In this document: positions 50,512 through 60,795 of the stretch, in pieces
Numbering within the stretch: the stretch's first letter is position 1
How the letters are laid out: each line of letters starts with the position of its first letter
DNA from: Nitrospirota bacterium
GTDB lineage: Bacteria > Nitrospirota > Thermodesulfovibrionia > Thermodesulfovibrionales > Dissulfurispiraceae
Direction: 5' to 3'
Length of the DNA: 64,000 nt
Assembly (NCBI GenBank): GCA_963710375.1
Contig: CAVPZX010000008.1
Coordinates: 192,001-256,000, forward strand
The notes under the pieces: generated by a model
What the model saw: the letters and a program-made list of their open reading frames with translations, nothing else
What the model was told of the DNA's origin: nothing
Databases searched by the model: none
Position numbers and translations under genes: made by a program

Positions 50512-51561
50512 TCACTCCCGAACAAATACCCATTGCATCGGTGTTCCTTTTTTAATATCCCTGTTGACTTTCCTGCCGAGTATATCACTCAGGAATTTAG
50601 GATGCAAGCCAAAGCCCGGTCTTATCGACCTTACATTCTCAACGGTTATTGTTTCTCCATCCACTATGTCTTTTACTGCAAAAAGAGAGCGGGCAAACTC
50701 CCTGCTCTTTTTAGTTTTCTCAGATAGTGCATAATTTACGATGCCCAACGCCTTTTCCACATCTCTCACGGCTTTTACCATTGACCTGAACTCTTCCGGC
50801 TCCAGGGAAAATGCAGCATCCGGCCCCCCTGAATTCCTGTCCAGTATAAAATGTTTCTCCAATATGCTTGCGCCGAGCGCCACTGACGCGGCGGGAACGG
50901 AAATACTGATTGAATGATCGGACAGCCCGACAACCGTCTTGAAAGTTTCGGCCAAATTCGGGATAGTCCTCAGATTCATCTCTTCCAGAGGCGCGGGATA
51001 GGCGGAAGTGCACTTCAGCAAGGCGACCTGTTCATTCCCCATTCTTTTACAAGCGTTTACAGCCTCTTCAATATCGCAAAGGGTCGCTATTCCGGTCGAG
51101 ATAATTACCGGTTTGCCTTTTGACGCAATGTGTTCGATGAGGGGGACGTCAGTTATTTCAAATGAGGCAACTTTGTAAGCTGGAACATCCATGCGCTCCA
51201 GAAAATCAACTGCGGTATTGTCGAACGGTGATGAAAAACAAAGCAGGCCGATATCTTCTGCCACCTTTTTTAATTTCGGCTGCCACTCCCAGGGAGTGTA
51301 TGCCTCACGGTAAAGCTGATAAAGAGTCTTGGAGTCCCATAAGGTACCGTGCTTTATCTGAAAATACTCATTATCGCAGTTTATAGTAATCGTATCGGGC
51401 GTGTAAGTTTGCAGCTTTATCGCGTCTGCACCAGCCTCTTTTGCAGCTTTTATTGTTTCCACTGCCAGATCGAATTTATGATTATGGTTCGCTGATAGTT
51501 CAGCGATTATGAATACAGGGCTGCCCTCGCCAATGTTTCTTTGAGATATTTTAAGATTCAT
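50512..51561 (-). CDS. pseI: Pseudaminic acid synthase
   Basis: IIAELSANH, KLQTYTPDTIT, AYTPWEW, GLSDH, EKHF, C-terminal SAF domain (IRPGFG). Confidence 0.93.
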   Translation of the reverse strand: MNLKISQRNIGEGSPVFIIAELSANHNHKFDLAVETIKAAKEAGADAIKLQTYTPDTITINCDNEYFQIKHGTLWDSKTLYQLYREAYTPWEWQPKLKKVAEDIGLLCFSSPFDNTAVDFLERMDVPAYKVASFEITDVPLIEHIASKGKPVIISTGIATLCDIEEAVNACKRMGNEQVALLKCTSAYPAPLEEMNLRTIPNLAETFKTVVGLSDHSISISVPAASVALGASILEKHFILDRNSGGPDAAFSLEPEEFRSMVKAVRDVEKALGIVNYALSEKTKKSREFARSLFAVKDIVDGETITVENVRSIRPGFGLHPKFLSDILGRKVNRDIKKGTPMQWVFVRE

Positions 51562-52334
51562 TTCTTCTCATTATTTTTTTTCAGGGCGAACATAATCTCC
51601 GGTGAGTACCCTTCAATCGGATTGAATCCTTTTTTTGTCAGTTCCACGGCAAGGCGGTTTATATCCGAGAAATAATCCGGCTCTCCCTGAGATAATGCGG
51701 CATTGAAAACCCTCGATATAAAATAGTACAAGCTTGCAAAATCCATCCTTTTCTCGACACGAAAAAGGTCATTAATTTTTTCTAATATGTCGAACGACAG
51801 GTACTCGTTAAAAAACTTTACCTTTATCTCATTAAGCTCCAATGTCGCCCGTATTTCATTTATTCTAAGGAGCGGTTCCGTAAAACACTCTATCATAATG
51901 TATGTGCCGTTGTCCTTTAACACGGAATAAGCGTTCTCGACCGCTTTCAACTTTTCATTTCCCTTCAGGTTAATCAGCAGCCGTTTTGTCATCACTTTGT
52001 CGAACCTTGCGTCTAACAATGAAGACAGGTCTTTAGAGGCTGCGTCGAAGTGATAGAAATGCACATTTGGCAGACTCATTTCTTCCTTTTTGGCATTAGC
52101 TGTTTCAATCATGCCTTTTGCAAAGTCAACCCCGTAAAAAACAGCCTTTGGCCTTTTGGCTGCAAGAGTCATAAGCGTTCTGCCGTTTCCGCATCCCATA
52201 TCACAAAATATGTCGCCATCCCCTATAAGACCCTCCAGAAAGAAAAGTTCCAGTTCCTCGGCCAGAGGATCAAAGTTCACAGCCTGCACTCCTTCTTTAA
52301 ACTTTTCCGCCTGGCTTTCCCAAAATTCTCTCAT
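51558..52334 (-). CDS. Class I SAM-dependent methyltransferase
   Basis: DMGCGNG motif I, GVDF. Confidence 0.85.
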   Translation of the reverse strand: MREFWESQAEKFKEGVQAVNFDPLAEELELFFLEGLIGDGDIFCDMGCGNGRTLMTLAAKRPKAVFYGVDFAKGMIETANAKKEEMSLPNVHFYHFDAASKDLSSLLDARFDKVMTKRLLINLKGNEKLKAVENAYSVLKDNGTYIMIECFTEPLLRINEIRATLELNEIKVKFFNEYLSFDILEKINDLFRVEKRMDFASLYYFISRVFNAALSQGEPDYFSDINRLAVELTKKGFNPIEGYSPEIMFALKKNNEKK

Positions 52335-52433
52335 AACAACCCTCTTGCATCTAGATAATTTTTTACAGCTCTCACCGGCTAAATGGCCCCGGGAAAACTC
52401 CGGATGTGGTTAAGTATAACAAATTAATTGGTC

Positions 52434-53441
52434 TCATCGTTTATTCATGCCGACGAGGTAATCCACTATCCTCTTTGCGCCCTTTCCATCAACCAGGGCA
52501 CTGCCGGTCTGTGACATTTTTTTTCTTCTGTCGCTATCTTCTAATTGTTTAAGTGCTCCGTCCACATTATCCAGGAGCATACCATCTTCCCACCACCCGG
52601 CATACTCTATAAAACCAGTCCGTTGCCAACCTCTTGCATGATTAAACTGATTGTCCGCTACCGCCACAACAACAGCAGGAACCCCCACCCTCGCAAGCTC
52701 GTATAATGTCTGTCCGCCCGCAGATATGGCTAAATCACTTTCTAGCATGACGGACTTCATACCTTCTGCGCCTGGAAAATAAATTAATTCTGTCCGTCCA
52801 TCTGCCGCTGTTTTTATTTCGTCCGCATTCCGGTATCCCCTGCCGATAATGACATTTTTAGCAATAAGTGGGTACCGTGTCACCAGCAATCTCAACACTG
52901 CAGGCGTTATATTTCTTGGATCATCACCGCCGAATGTGATCATAATGCTTTCAACCTTTTCCCTTATTTCCTTATCAGGTACATTCCAAAACTCCTTTCT
53001 CTGCGGTATGTATTCCGGGCCGAGCAGATAAGCAATATGTTCTCTTGAAGGGTAGTGAAGCAATTCTGCAGAGATCGAGCCATTGACAACTACCCCTTTT
53101 GGATAGTCCACTCTTTTATTATCATCGATATAGACCGGAACGCGCGCCGAATCGGATACTTCCCTGTAAAAATTCAGGTCAGCCAAATAAGAGTCAATAA
53201 TAGCTATATCCGAGCCATTAATAGAGGATAATATTCTCTCCTTATGTTCATGCCAGTTTAATCTTTTATATCGCATGTTCTTCAAAACATCATCGATGCT
53301 CGCATCACCATATACAACAAATTCAGGCAGAACACCGCTAGCCTCAAACGCCTGATACAGAGAAAGGCATCGCGTAATATGACCGAACCCGATACGATCG
53401 CCTCCCTCAGTGACAATAAATACTTTAAGTTCGCTGTTCAT
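52434..53441 (-). CDS. pseG: UDP-2,4-diacetamido-2,4,6-trideoxy-altrose hydrolase PseG (SpsG-like)
   Basis: IGFGHITRC, IDSY, ITFGGDDP, ISAGGQTLYE, VADNQ, DGKGAKRI. Confidence 0.85.
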   Translation of the reverse strand: MNSELKVFIVTEGGDRIGFGHITRCLSLYQAFEASGVLPEFVVYGDASIDDVLKNMRYKRLNWHEHKERILSSINGSDIAIIDSYLADLNFYREVSDSARVPVYIDDNKRVDYPKGVVVNGSISAELLHYPSREHIAYLLGPEYIPQRKEFWNVPDKEIREKVESIMITFGGDDPRNITPAVLRLLVTRYPLIAKNVIIGRGYRNADEIKTAADGRTELIYFPGAEGMKSVMLESDLAISAGGQTLYELARVGVPAVVVAVADNQFNHARGWQRTGFIEYAGWWEDGMLLDNVDGALKQLEDSDRRKKMSQTGSALVDGKGAKRIVDYLVGMNKR

Positions 53442-53480
53442 TATATCATCCTGATCTGAGCAATAACTATTTTATCCGCA

Positions 53481-53682
53481 AATTCAGACAGTGTAATGAA
53501 GGATGTGACTCTGAAGCGAATCGCGGAGTCCTGGTAACAGTTCTCGGGGAAGTGAGCGTCTAACAGGCGCAATGTCTGAGCCCGAAGGGCGAGTTTTGCG
53601 ACTGTAGCGAACAAGCCGTTAGAACTGTCAGGACGTAGCGCCTGAGCGCAAGAGACATATCTTTCATTACACTGTCTGAATT
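53481..53682. mobile_element. MITE/REP-like fold-back element (202 bp)
   Basis: aattcagacagtgtaatgaa ... ttcattacactgtctgaatt (20-bp perfect, extends imperfectly); nested stems gtcctg/caggac, acagttct/agaactgt, gcccgaagggc. Confidence 0.7.
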
Positions 53683-53740
53683 CCAGCTATTTTATAGCTT
53701 AACATAACGCTCATGGATATGTTATTCTAAACATAGAGTT

Positions 53741-55423
53741 ATGAGGGTTCTCTTTCTTTTTCCCGAGCATTATCTTAACATTGGGATTCCCGGTGGAGTT
53801 TCGATACTGTCAGCCATTCTCAAGCAGCACGGTCATGCCGTAAATGTATTTGACACTACCTTCCTAAAAACAGACCCTGATTTTGACCGGAAACGTCTTC
53901 ATGCCGATATCCACGGCGGCAACAGTGAAGCAGATAAGGCAGGGATGCAGCAGTTCAAGAAAACCGCTTACACACTAGAGGACCTTGTCAGGAATGATCC
54001 GGTAGTCCGGTATGAGGAAGAACTCCAGAAGACGATAGATTCGTTCTCGCCTGATCTAATTGCCGTTTCTACGATGACATCAACGTTTGATTTTGCGATG
54101 AATCTCCTGCGTAAAGTCAGGTATAAAGCCAAAGTCATTGTGGGCGGGGTCCATCCTACAATTGCAGTGGATGACTGCCTTGCCCAGAAGGAAGTGGATA
54201 TCGCCTGCATAGGGGAAGGAGATGATGTGCTCGCAGAGCTGTGCGACCTGATGGAAGCTGGCAAGGACTATACTAATGTAAAGTCAATGTACTTTAAGAT
54301 GCCGGACGGGAGCATTAAGAAAAATCCTCTTGCGCCGAGGGTTGACCTGAATGATCTGCCTTGTCCCGACTGGGGCCTTTTTGATGAGCGCCACCTCTTC
54401 CGTCCTTTTGAAGGGGTGATATACAAAGGGTCGTTCTATGTGCAGTCCAGAGGCTGCCCTCAGCAATGCACCTACTGCATAAATCCGACAGTGTCGAAAA
54501 TGTCGCGGGGGGACAAGAGTTATTTCAGAGTGCAAAAACCGTCGGTAACCATCTCCCACATTGCGGAATTCAGGGAAAAATTCGGAGCAACATGGTTCAA
54601 GTTTGCAGACGACAGCTTTCTGCTGCCTCCCAATGAACACCTTGAAGAACTGAGAGAAGGTCTTAAGCCGCTTGGTATAAAGTTCGGCTGCTCGGTTATG
54701 CCGAATACAATAACGGAAGAAAAAGTGAACATAGCAAAGGATATGGGATGTGTTGCGATGACTGTTGGCGTGGAAAGCGGTAACGCCGGTATACGAAAGA
54801 TGATTAAAAGGAATTACAATGACGAACAGCTAATCAGAAATCTCAAAATAATACAGGACTTCGGTATTAAGCTGTCAACATTCAATATCATCGGATTTCC
54901 CGGCGAGACAAGGGAGAATGTCTTTGAAACCATCGAGATCAACAAGAAAATTGGCACCAGCGCCTGCAATGTGTATATCCTGTTCCCTTATCCCGGCACG
55001 CCGATCCAGAAGGAATTCAATATACCGATCAGAGACAAAGATGGAAAGATATTCCCTGTCTCCAGAGCAAAAGAATTCAGACTGTCTAAAATGACGCCGG
55101 AAGAACTCGAAGGTCTGCAGAACACATTCAATCTTTATCTCAACCTTCCCAAGACCCTCTGGCCGCTTATCCGTTTGGCTGAATCCACATCCGGAACCGG
55201 CCCTTCACTGCTGGTAATATTGCGCAGATTTGCAACGGCATTGATATCATCTGAAACAATCGACCTGAAACCGGTAACATCTGTGCTGCCCGAAGCAGCG
55301 GTCAAACAGCATCCCTGCGATTTTCGTGTTCCTGCACTGCTGTCTGAAATATTCACGCTGCCGCTTGGCGATGCAATGGGAACAGCGCTGGATGCATGCC
55401 GCAACTACTCAGAGTCGCCATAA
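53741..55423 (+). CDS. Cobalamin-binding radical SAM protein
   Basis: B12-binding domain (VGGVHPT, IGEGD); RGCPQQCTYC (CxxxCxxC); GVESG; IIGFPGET; PYPGT. Confidence 0.9.
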   Translation: MRVLFLFPEHYLNIGIPGGVSILSAILKQHGHAVNVFDTTFLKTDPDFDRKRLHADIHGGNSEADKAGMQQFKKTAYTLEDLVRNDPVVRYEEELQKTIDSFSPDLIAVSTMTSTFDFAMNLLRKVRYKAKVIVGGVHPTIAVDDCLAQKEVDIACIGEGDDVLAELCDLMEAGKDYTNVKSMYFKMPDGSIKKNPLAPRVDLNDLPCPDWGLFDERHLFRPFEGVIYKGSFYVQSRGCPQQCTYCINPTVSKMSRGDKSYFRVQKPSVTISHIAEFREKFGATWFKFADDSFLLPPNEHLEELREGLKPLGIKFGCSVMPNTITEEKVNIAKDMGCVAMTVGVESGNAGIRKMIKRNYNDEQLIRNLKIIQDFGIKLSTFNIIGFPGETRENVFETIEINKKIGTSACNVYILFPYPGTPIQKEFNIPIRDKDGKIFPVSRAKEFRLSKMTPEELEGLQNTFNLYLNLPKTLWPLIRLAESTSGTGPSLLVILRRFATALISSETIDLKPVTSVLPEAAVKQHPCDFRVPALLSEIFTLPLGDAMGTALDACRNYSESP

Positions 55424-56452
55424 TAATACACTGCATTCTACATGCAGCCTCAAAAACATATGCGTTGCAAACCCTGCCTTGAAGTGGGCAATGCTGAGTT
55501 CTTTTTCCGTTGGTTTACAGCTGTCTCCAGGATAAAAGCGCTCCCCTAACTTATGCCACCTCAAACCACGGGTTTTCATGTGTTCAATGGCTTTCATTTG
55601 CACTACGTGACCCAACGGCTTGTCGAAAAGGTTACGGTCATATACACCAACGGCGTACAAGCCTTCTGTTTTTGATGTGTGGAACAAACCGCCCCCAACC
55701 ATTACCCCTTTGTCGTCTCTCAACACCACAAGAAACGCGTCACCACTGTTAATGGCCTGCTCCTGAATGTTCCATGTCTCGACAGAGCGAGTGGCGCGTC
55801 CGGAAACTTGATAATGCAATTGCCGGAATTCATCGAATACATTATGCTCAACCTCAGCAAATACGTTTGACTGCCAAAGTCTGTTGCCCATGGAAAGCAG
55901 TGATTTATAACTCTTTCTCAAGTTTGCCTTAATGTCCTCGATACTCATCGAAAGGTCTACAAACATCTCGTGCGCGACCCTCTGGATAGTCGCGCCTCTA
56001 TCCATGATTTTGCTATGCCATTGATCCAGGCCGTTAGTCCCTATAAAATCGACTCCTCTCCATATCTTTTGTTCGACCATCCTGCACAATTCATCAAGAG
56101 CATCAAGACAACTTGCCATCAGGTTCTTTCTGGTCTTTTCGGCAATTTTGTCTACAAATAAAGGGGCATAAACAGGACCTTCATTCGATCCGCATACCCA
56201 TGCGCCTTCTGATAATCGCATATTTAAGGGCCACACCCCGACAGGTTTATCTTCATGGAATAAAACAATCGAAAGGTCAACGAATTTATCCACTTTCTCC
56301 ATTATATAGGCCGACTGGTATAGAACCATAATGCGCGTATACGCCACCGGGGCATAGGCGGCATTTTCCAGAACATTATCCCAGTCTGCGGATGCCTCTG
56401 ACAGAGGTTTTGAATTGCCTAAATGCGAAATCGCTTCATAAAAGGATGGCAT
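55409..56452 (-). CDS. FemAB-family GNAT-fold protein
   Basis: VDLS..LRKSYKSL, SGRATRS, YAVGVYDR, SIAHFKAGF pattern. Confidence 0.7.
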   Translation of the reverse strand: MPSFYEAISHLGNSKPLSEASADWDNVLENAAYAPVAYTRIMVLYQSAYIMEKVDKFVDLSIVLFHEDKPVGVWPLNMRLSEGAWVCGSNEGPVYAPLFVDKIAEKTRKNLMASCLDALDELCRMVEQKIWRGVDFIGTNGLDQWHSKIMDRGATIQRVAHEMFVDLSMSIEDIKANLRKSYKSLLSMGNRLWQSNVFAEVEHNVFDEFRQLHYQVSGRATRSVETWNIQEQAINSGDAFLVVLRDDKGVMVGGGLFHTSKTEGLYAVGVYDRNLFDKPLGHVVQMKAIEHMKTRGLRWHKLGERFYPGDSCKPTEKELSIAHFKAGFATHMFLRLHVECSVLLWRL

Positions 56453-56459
56453 CTTTATT

Positions 56460-58502
56460 TCAAACCCTTCTGAATACAGGTTCCAGCAATTTACCTTCAA
56501 GCAACGAATCCACCATGTTATAAGCGACCCCGTATTTTAAAATATTCATGACCTCAGAATAGACTGACAAAGTTTTTTCCATGACTGAGTCATCATGCGG
56601 CAGCGAAATGTTATGTCCACCGGTGAACAAAATGCCTCTCTTTGCGCATTCCTGCTGGAAAAGGGTTTTCATTGCAAGGCCCTCCTTCTCCTCCCCCTTG
56701 AATCCCATGACCGTTCTGACAGGGAAACCATCAATGGAGATCATGGCGTCAAGTCCTCTTTCACCTATAAGTTTCTCAATGCCATCCTTGAGTCTTTTCC
56801 CTTGCTTCCATATATCCCCTATGACGTCGTGATCATGCATATAGCGTATCGTGGCAAGCGATGAAGCAATGGATGCAGTCTCACCGCCAAAGGTGAAAGA
56901 AAAGAATATCTCGTCGAAAAGCCGCATGTATTCTTTCCTGCCCACTATGGCAGAAACAGGCAGGCCGTTGCCCATTGCCTTTCCGACACATGCGATGTCC
57001 GGCGTGACTCCAAAGAATTCCTGGGCGCCCCCCAGAGCAAACCTGAAGCTCGTCACCACTTCATCAAACACGAGCAGTGCATTATTTTTATGTGCAACCT
57101 CTTTTACTTTGTTGAGAAAGTCATTCTCAGGCGCTGCCAGACTGACCGGCTCCATAATCACGCAAGCGACCTTGTCTTTGTATTGCTCAAACAGCTTTTC
57201 CAGGCTCTCTATATTGTTATACTGAAATGATAGCGTAAGTTCCTTAACTGCTTGGGGAATGCCCTTACTGCGGGTAGTCGTAGCAATGTACCAATCCTGC
57301 CAGCCGTGATAGCCGCAGCACGCTACATAGTCTCTCCCCGTGTACGCCCTCGCAAGTCTTACCGCCGCCGAGGTAACATCAGAGCCGTTTTTCCCGAACC
57401 GCACCATCTCGGCGCATGGTATTACCTGCGTAAGAAGTTCAGCAAGCTCATACTCAAGATAGTGAGGAAGTGTATAGGCGCTCCCCTTCCCCAACTGTTT
57501 TTCGACTGCTTCGAGAACCGGCTCAAATGCATATCCCAAAATACAGGCCCCAAGTCCCATGGTGTAATCAATGTAGTTATTCCCGTCTACATCGGTGATA
57601 AGACATCCTTTGCCTTCTCTTGCAAAAAGTGGCGATGCCCCGGCGCTGAACTGCAGATAGGACTTGCTGAAAGTCTGAGAGCCGTTGGGGATAATGCCCA
57701 GCACCTTTTTGAAAAGCTTGTTATTTTCGTCGAGTTTCAAAGGCTTTGCTTTCAGGCCTATAAGAAAGGCCTTGTCCTCCTCGACAGATTTGCGATAACC
57801 GGCATTTGGCACAACATGTTTAGTTTTCTCAAGCACTTTTGCATCTCCTTTTATGAGTATAAACACATCTTCATACGTAAAATCCTGCTTCTCCAGCCGC
57901 TGGAGAACTGCCCCTATCGTGTCGGCATCCTCAGGGTAATCAAGGCTCAGGTGAACGTGCGAGAGGTCTTCTTGTCCATAGGGTATGCCGATTGCTTTGA
58001 ACCTGCCGCTGCCGCGGATATAAGGACCAACATGCTCCCTTTCTGAAGGCATTACGGCATTATTATCCGCATAGAGTATCGCCTTGCCGCTGATTACTTC
58101 CACATCGAAGCCGTCAATAATTTGCGTAAGCACAAGATAATCGGCATTGTTCTCTCTGAATTTTTGTATAGCAAAATTTGCCAGCCGGTAATCTGTCAGG
58201 ATGCAGTCACCCGTTATACGTACAACATAATCAAGATTATATTCTTTTACCGCCTGTGCGAACCTGTTAAGGACGTCATTCAGGCTTCCTCTAACCACAT
58301 TCCATCCTTTATTTTGAGCACAGCCTGCCAGAGAGTCGTCGTCACTATCCTCTGAGGTTGCAAGTATTTTATAGTCCGTATCAATTCCCCCGCACCTGTC
58401 GAGAACCCATTCGAGGGTCGTTCTGCCGAGAAAATCATGCAGCATCTTCTTCGGATACCTCGTTGAGCTATTCCTCGCCTGAACTATTACACCGCTACTC
58501 AT
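56460..58502 (-). CDS. Fusion: SpsF/PseF-like cytidylyltransferase plus class III PLP aminotransferase (GSA-aminomutase-like)
   Basis: IVQARNSSTRYPKK, VRITGDC, REHV; then FGKNGSD, GYHGW, FDEVVT, GKAMGNG. Confidence 0.88.
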   Translation of the reverse strand: MSSGVIVQARNSSTRYPKKMLHDFLGRTTLEWVLDRCGGIDTDYKILATSEDSDDDSLAGCAQNKGWNVVRGSLNDVLNRFAQAVKEYNLDYVVRITGDCILTDYRLANFAIQKFRENNADYLVLTQIIDGFDVEVISGKAILYADNNAVMPSEREHVGPYIRGSGRFKAIGIPYGQEDLSHVHLSLDYPEDADTIGAVLQRLEKQDFTYEDVFILIKGDAKVLEKTKHVVPNAGYRKSVEEDKAFLIGLKAKPLKLDENNKLFKKVLGIIPNGSQTFSKSYLQFSAGASPLFAREGKGCLITDVDGNNYIDYTMGLGACILGYAFEPVLEAVEKQLGKGSAYTLPHYLEYELAELLTQVIPCAEMVRFGKNGSDVTSAAVRLARAYTGRDYVACCGYHGWQDWYIATTTRSKGIPQAVKELTLSFQYNNIESLEKLFEQYKDKVACVIMEPVSLAAPENDFLNKVKEVAHKNNALLVFDEVVTSFRFALGGAQEFFGVTPDIACVGKAMGNGLPVSAIVGRKEYMRLFDEIFFSFTFGGETASIASSLATIRYMHDHDVIGDIWKQGKRLKDGIEKLIGERGLDAMISIDGFPVRTVMGFKGEEKEGLAMKTLFQQECAKRGILFTGGHNISLPHDDSVMEKTLSVYSEVMNILKYGVAYNMVDSLLEGKLLEPVFRRV

Positions 58503-59899
58503 TGGGCCTCCAGCGAATACAGCCTTGCATCATGCAAATGGATTTTTAATGCAACTGTCCCTTTTACTGCAGACTTGAGAGTGTAATCAATAGAATTCAC
58601 CCTTTTGATATCAAAAGACGCTGCGCTCTCGGATCCCTTCATAAACTCAACAGAAACCCGGCCGTCACCGGCATCGAGGTTCAAGCGGAGCAGTCCTTTC
58701 TTCATATTTACCTTCTTTGTCAGACAATAACCTCCCGACATCGCATAAGCGTAAACGAATCCATCCTTTCTCAGATTCGCAAGCCCTATTTTGAAGCCGT
58801 GTTTCTCCTCGTCATAAGGCATGCCCTCATGGCCCACTCCATGGCTGAAGTTCGAGCCTCCGTAATAAACGAGTATTTTATCTTTTAGGAAAAGAGGGGC
58901 ATTTGCAGTATATACCATGTCGCTGTCCCATCCGCCGGGGGTCAATGCTATAAACGGCTTGTCTGAAACTCTTTTCCAGTTCCTGCAGTCATCACTCTGC
59001 GCCAGATATATCTCGACCCTTCCGTCATGGGTGCCACGCTTCACTTCATGGTCGATAAAAAAGAGCCAGAGAAACCCAAGATAGCTTGCACCGTAATTGA
59101 AACCGCAGAGGCCGTAAAAATCAGCCCATTTAAAGCCTTTTGCCATCGCCAGCGCATCTTCCGAAGGCCCAGGCGCCCATAATGTTTCCGGTTTGCTCCA
59201 TGACCTGAAATCCCAGCTCTCGGAAAACCCTACGCATCTCCTTGTCAGACCTTTGTCATCTATCACATATGTCTTTACGAAGGCCGCAAACCTGTCCTTC
59301 AAGGTGTCTTTGAAGGCCGGGGCTACATCGCTGAACCAGGTCTTTTTCGTAAGTGCGTTCGGGAAGGTCATGAGCGGAATAACAGGGTTGAGTTCATTTT
59401 CCCTGAAATGTAATCCATCCCTCGAGAATGCCGTACAGAAACCGTTATCCGTGTATCCGAAAAGTTTGTAGGGATATTTCTTGTCCCCGTCATCGCGGAT
59501 AACGCTCGGGATATGATAGGTCGACAAAATGTTGGTAAGGCAGCTCCCCCCGTTGTTTTGGCGTGAATAGAAATCCTGTATTTTATTGTCGAGCGCAACA
59601 GTGGGATAAATACCCGGTTGTTCAAAGATGAATTTCTTTATCAGCGGCTTCCGCCATTGAATACCGTCCGCAGACCGGGCATAATTCACGAAAAAGCCGT
59701 AGCCGTCCACATATGACTGATACCACATACGATATAAAGGTCCTTTCTTGAGTACAGAGCCGTAAAGATATATATTTGTGTCTTCCCACGGATATTCAGG
59801 AACTATCACCGGTTCCGGGCGTTTCTGCACCTCACCCTGCCTGAGCTCGACACCCTCCATGTGATCAATAGATGACGCATCAGGAAAAAGTATTTTCAT
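58499..59899 (-). CDS. Hypothetical protein, probable beta-propeller glycoside-hydrolase-like fold
   Basis: Repeated Asp-box-like motifs SADGIQW, SRDGLHF, SWDFRSW, SDDCRNW; C-terminal LRKDGF. Confidence 0.6.
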   Translation of the reverse strand: MKILFPDASSIDHMEGVELRQGEVQKRPEPVIVPEYPWEDTNIYLYGSVLKKGPLYRMWYQSYVDGYGFFVNYARSADGIQWRKPLIKKFIFEQPGIYPTVALDNKIQDFYSRQNNGGSCLTNILSTYHIPSVIRDDGDKKYPYKLFGYTDNGFCTAFSRDGLHFRENELNPVIPLMTFPNALTKKTWFSDVAPAFKDTLKDRFAAFVKTYVIDDKGLTRRCVGFSESWDFRSWSKPETLWAPGPSEDALAMAKGFKWADFYGLCGFNYGASYLGFLWLFFIDHEVKRGTHDGRVEIYLAQSDDCRNWKRVSDKPFIALTPGGWDSDMVYTANAPLFLKDKILVYYGGSNFSHGVGHEGMPYDEEKHGFKIGLANLRKDGFVYAYAMSGGYCLTKKVNMKKGLLRLNLDAGDGRVSVEFMKGSESAASFDIKRVNSIDYTLKSAVKGTVALKIHLHDARLYSLEAQ

Positions 59900-60795
59900 G
59901 CATTCCCCGCGCTATGCCATTTATACGGTAAAATAATCTCCTCATCATGTACTGCCAGTCCCGATAATGCCGACTCCATGGCAGCAAAGCGTCCTGTATG
60001 CCCCGCTCGAAAACATTCGTTATTGCTTATTAACTGCTTCACGCTGTCAATGCCCACCACAACTCCTTCCACCCAAGGTTTAGATGCGGCAAATAATAAT
60101 GCAAGGCATTCCGGTTTCATGCCAATTGCTGATGAAAGCTCCCGTATCTCTCTGACTTTTCCTCTCACCTGTTCAAATCTCCCCTGCAAGGCATCATCAC
60201 TCAGGAAAAAAAGACCCTGTAAGAATACCGACCTCGCAAAAAACCTCCACCCTCTGTTATTAATATCCTGTACTAAATCACTATTCAAAAATCTCTGATC
60301 AAATAGATTCAGCGGAAACTCGATCACCAGCGTATCTTTAGTCTTTAGAGCTATTTCAGCAACATCTTCAGGGTGGTATACAGAGATGCCGTAGTTTTCT
60401 ACAATGCCATCCCTGCAAAATGACTGAAGCACTGGAATGACCTTATTTCCATACATTCTATACGTGTCGAAAGAATGGATAAGAAATGCGTCGAACGAGG
60501 CAATATTCATTTTTTTTAGCGAGCCTAATATCTCATCCTCTGCAGACTGTGCGTTCAGATACTCTTTGGCCGGCAGTTTGCCGATAACTTTGAATACCTT
60601 GCCTCGCTTTGCAAAGAAATCGCCGACCACTCGCTCGGCATCGCCATAGGCGCTTGCGGTGTCTATCCACTGTATGCCCTGCGTGGAGGCATAATCAAGG
60701 ATGGCAAATGCCTCCTCATGACTTAACTTTTTATCGTTTGCAATGCCGTACCTGAGGCCGAAATTTGCGGTCCCGATGATTAATTTGGGCATCAT
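59896..60795 (-). CDS. Aldo/keto reductase
   Basis: GTANFG, IDTASAYG, GISVY, RSVFLQG. Confidence 0.9.
   Translation of the reverse strand: MMPKLIIGTANFGLRYGIANDKKLSHEEAFAILDYASTQGIQWIDTASAYGDAERVVGDFFAKRGKVFKVIGKLPAKEYLNAQSAEDEILGSLKKMNIASFDAFLIHSFDTYRMYGNKVIPVLQSFCRDGIVENYGISVYHPEDVAEIALKTKDTLVIEFPLNLFDQRFLNSDLVQDINNRGWRFFARSVFLQGLFFLSDDALQGRFEQVRGKVREIRELSSAIGMKPECLALLFAASKPWVEGVVVGIDSVKQLISNNECFRAGHTGRFAAMESALSGLAVHDEEIILPYKWHSAGNA

Noticed and set aside
56460..57760. hemL (tetrapyrrole biosynthesis)
   Set aside because: The GSA-aminomutase-like domain is fused to a cytidylyltransferase inside a sugar cluster, so a glycan role is more likely
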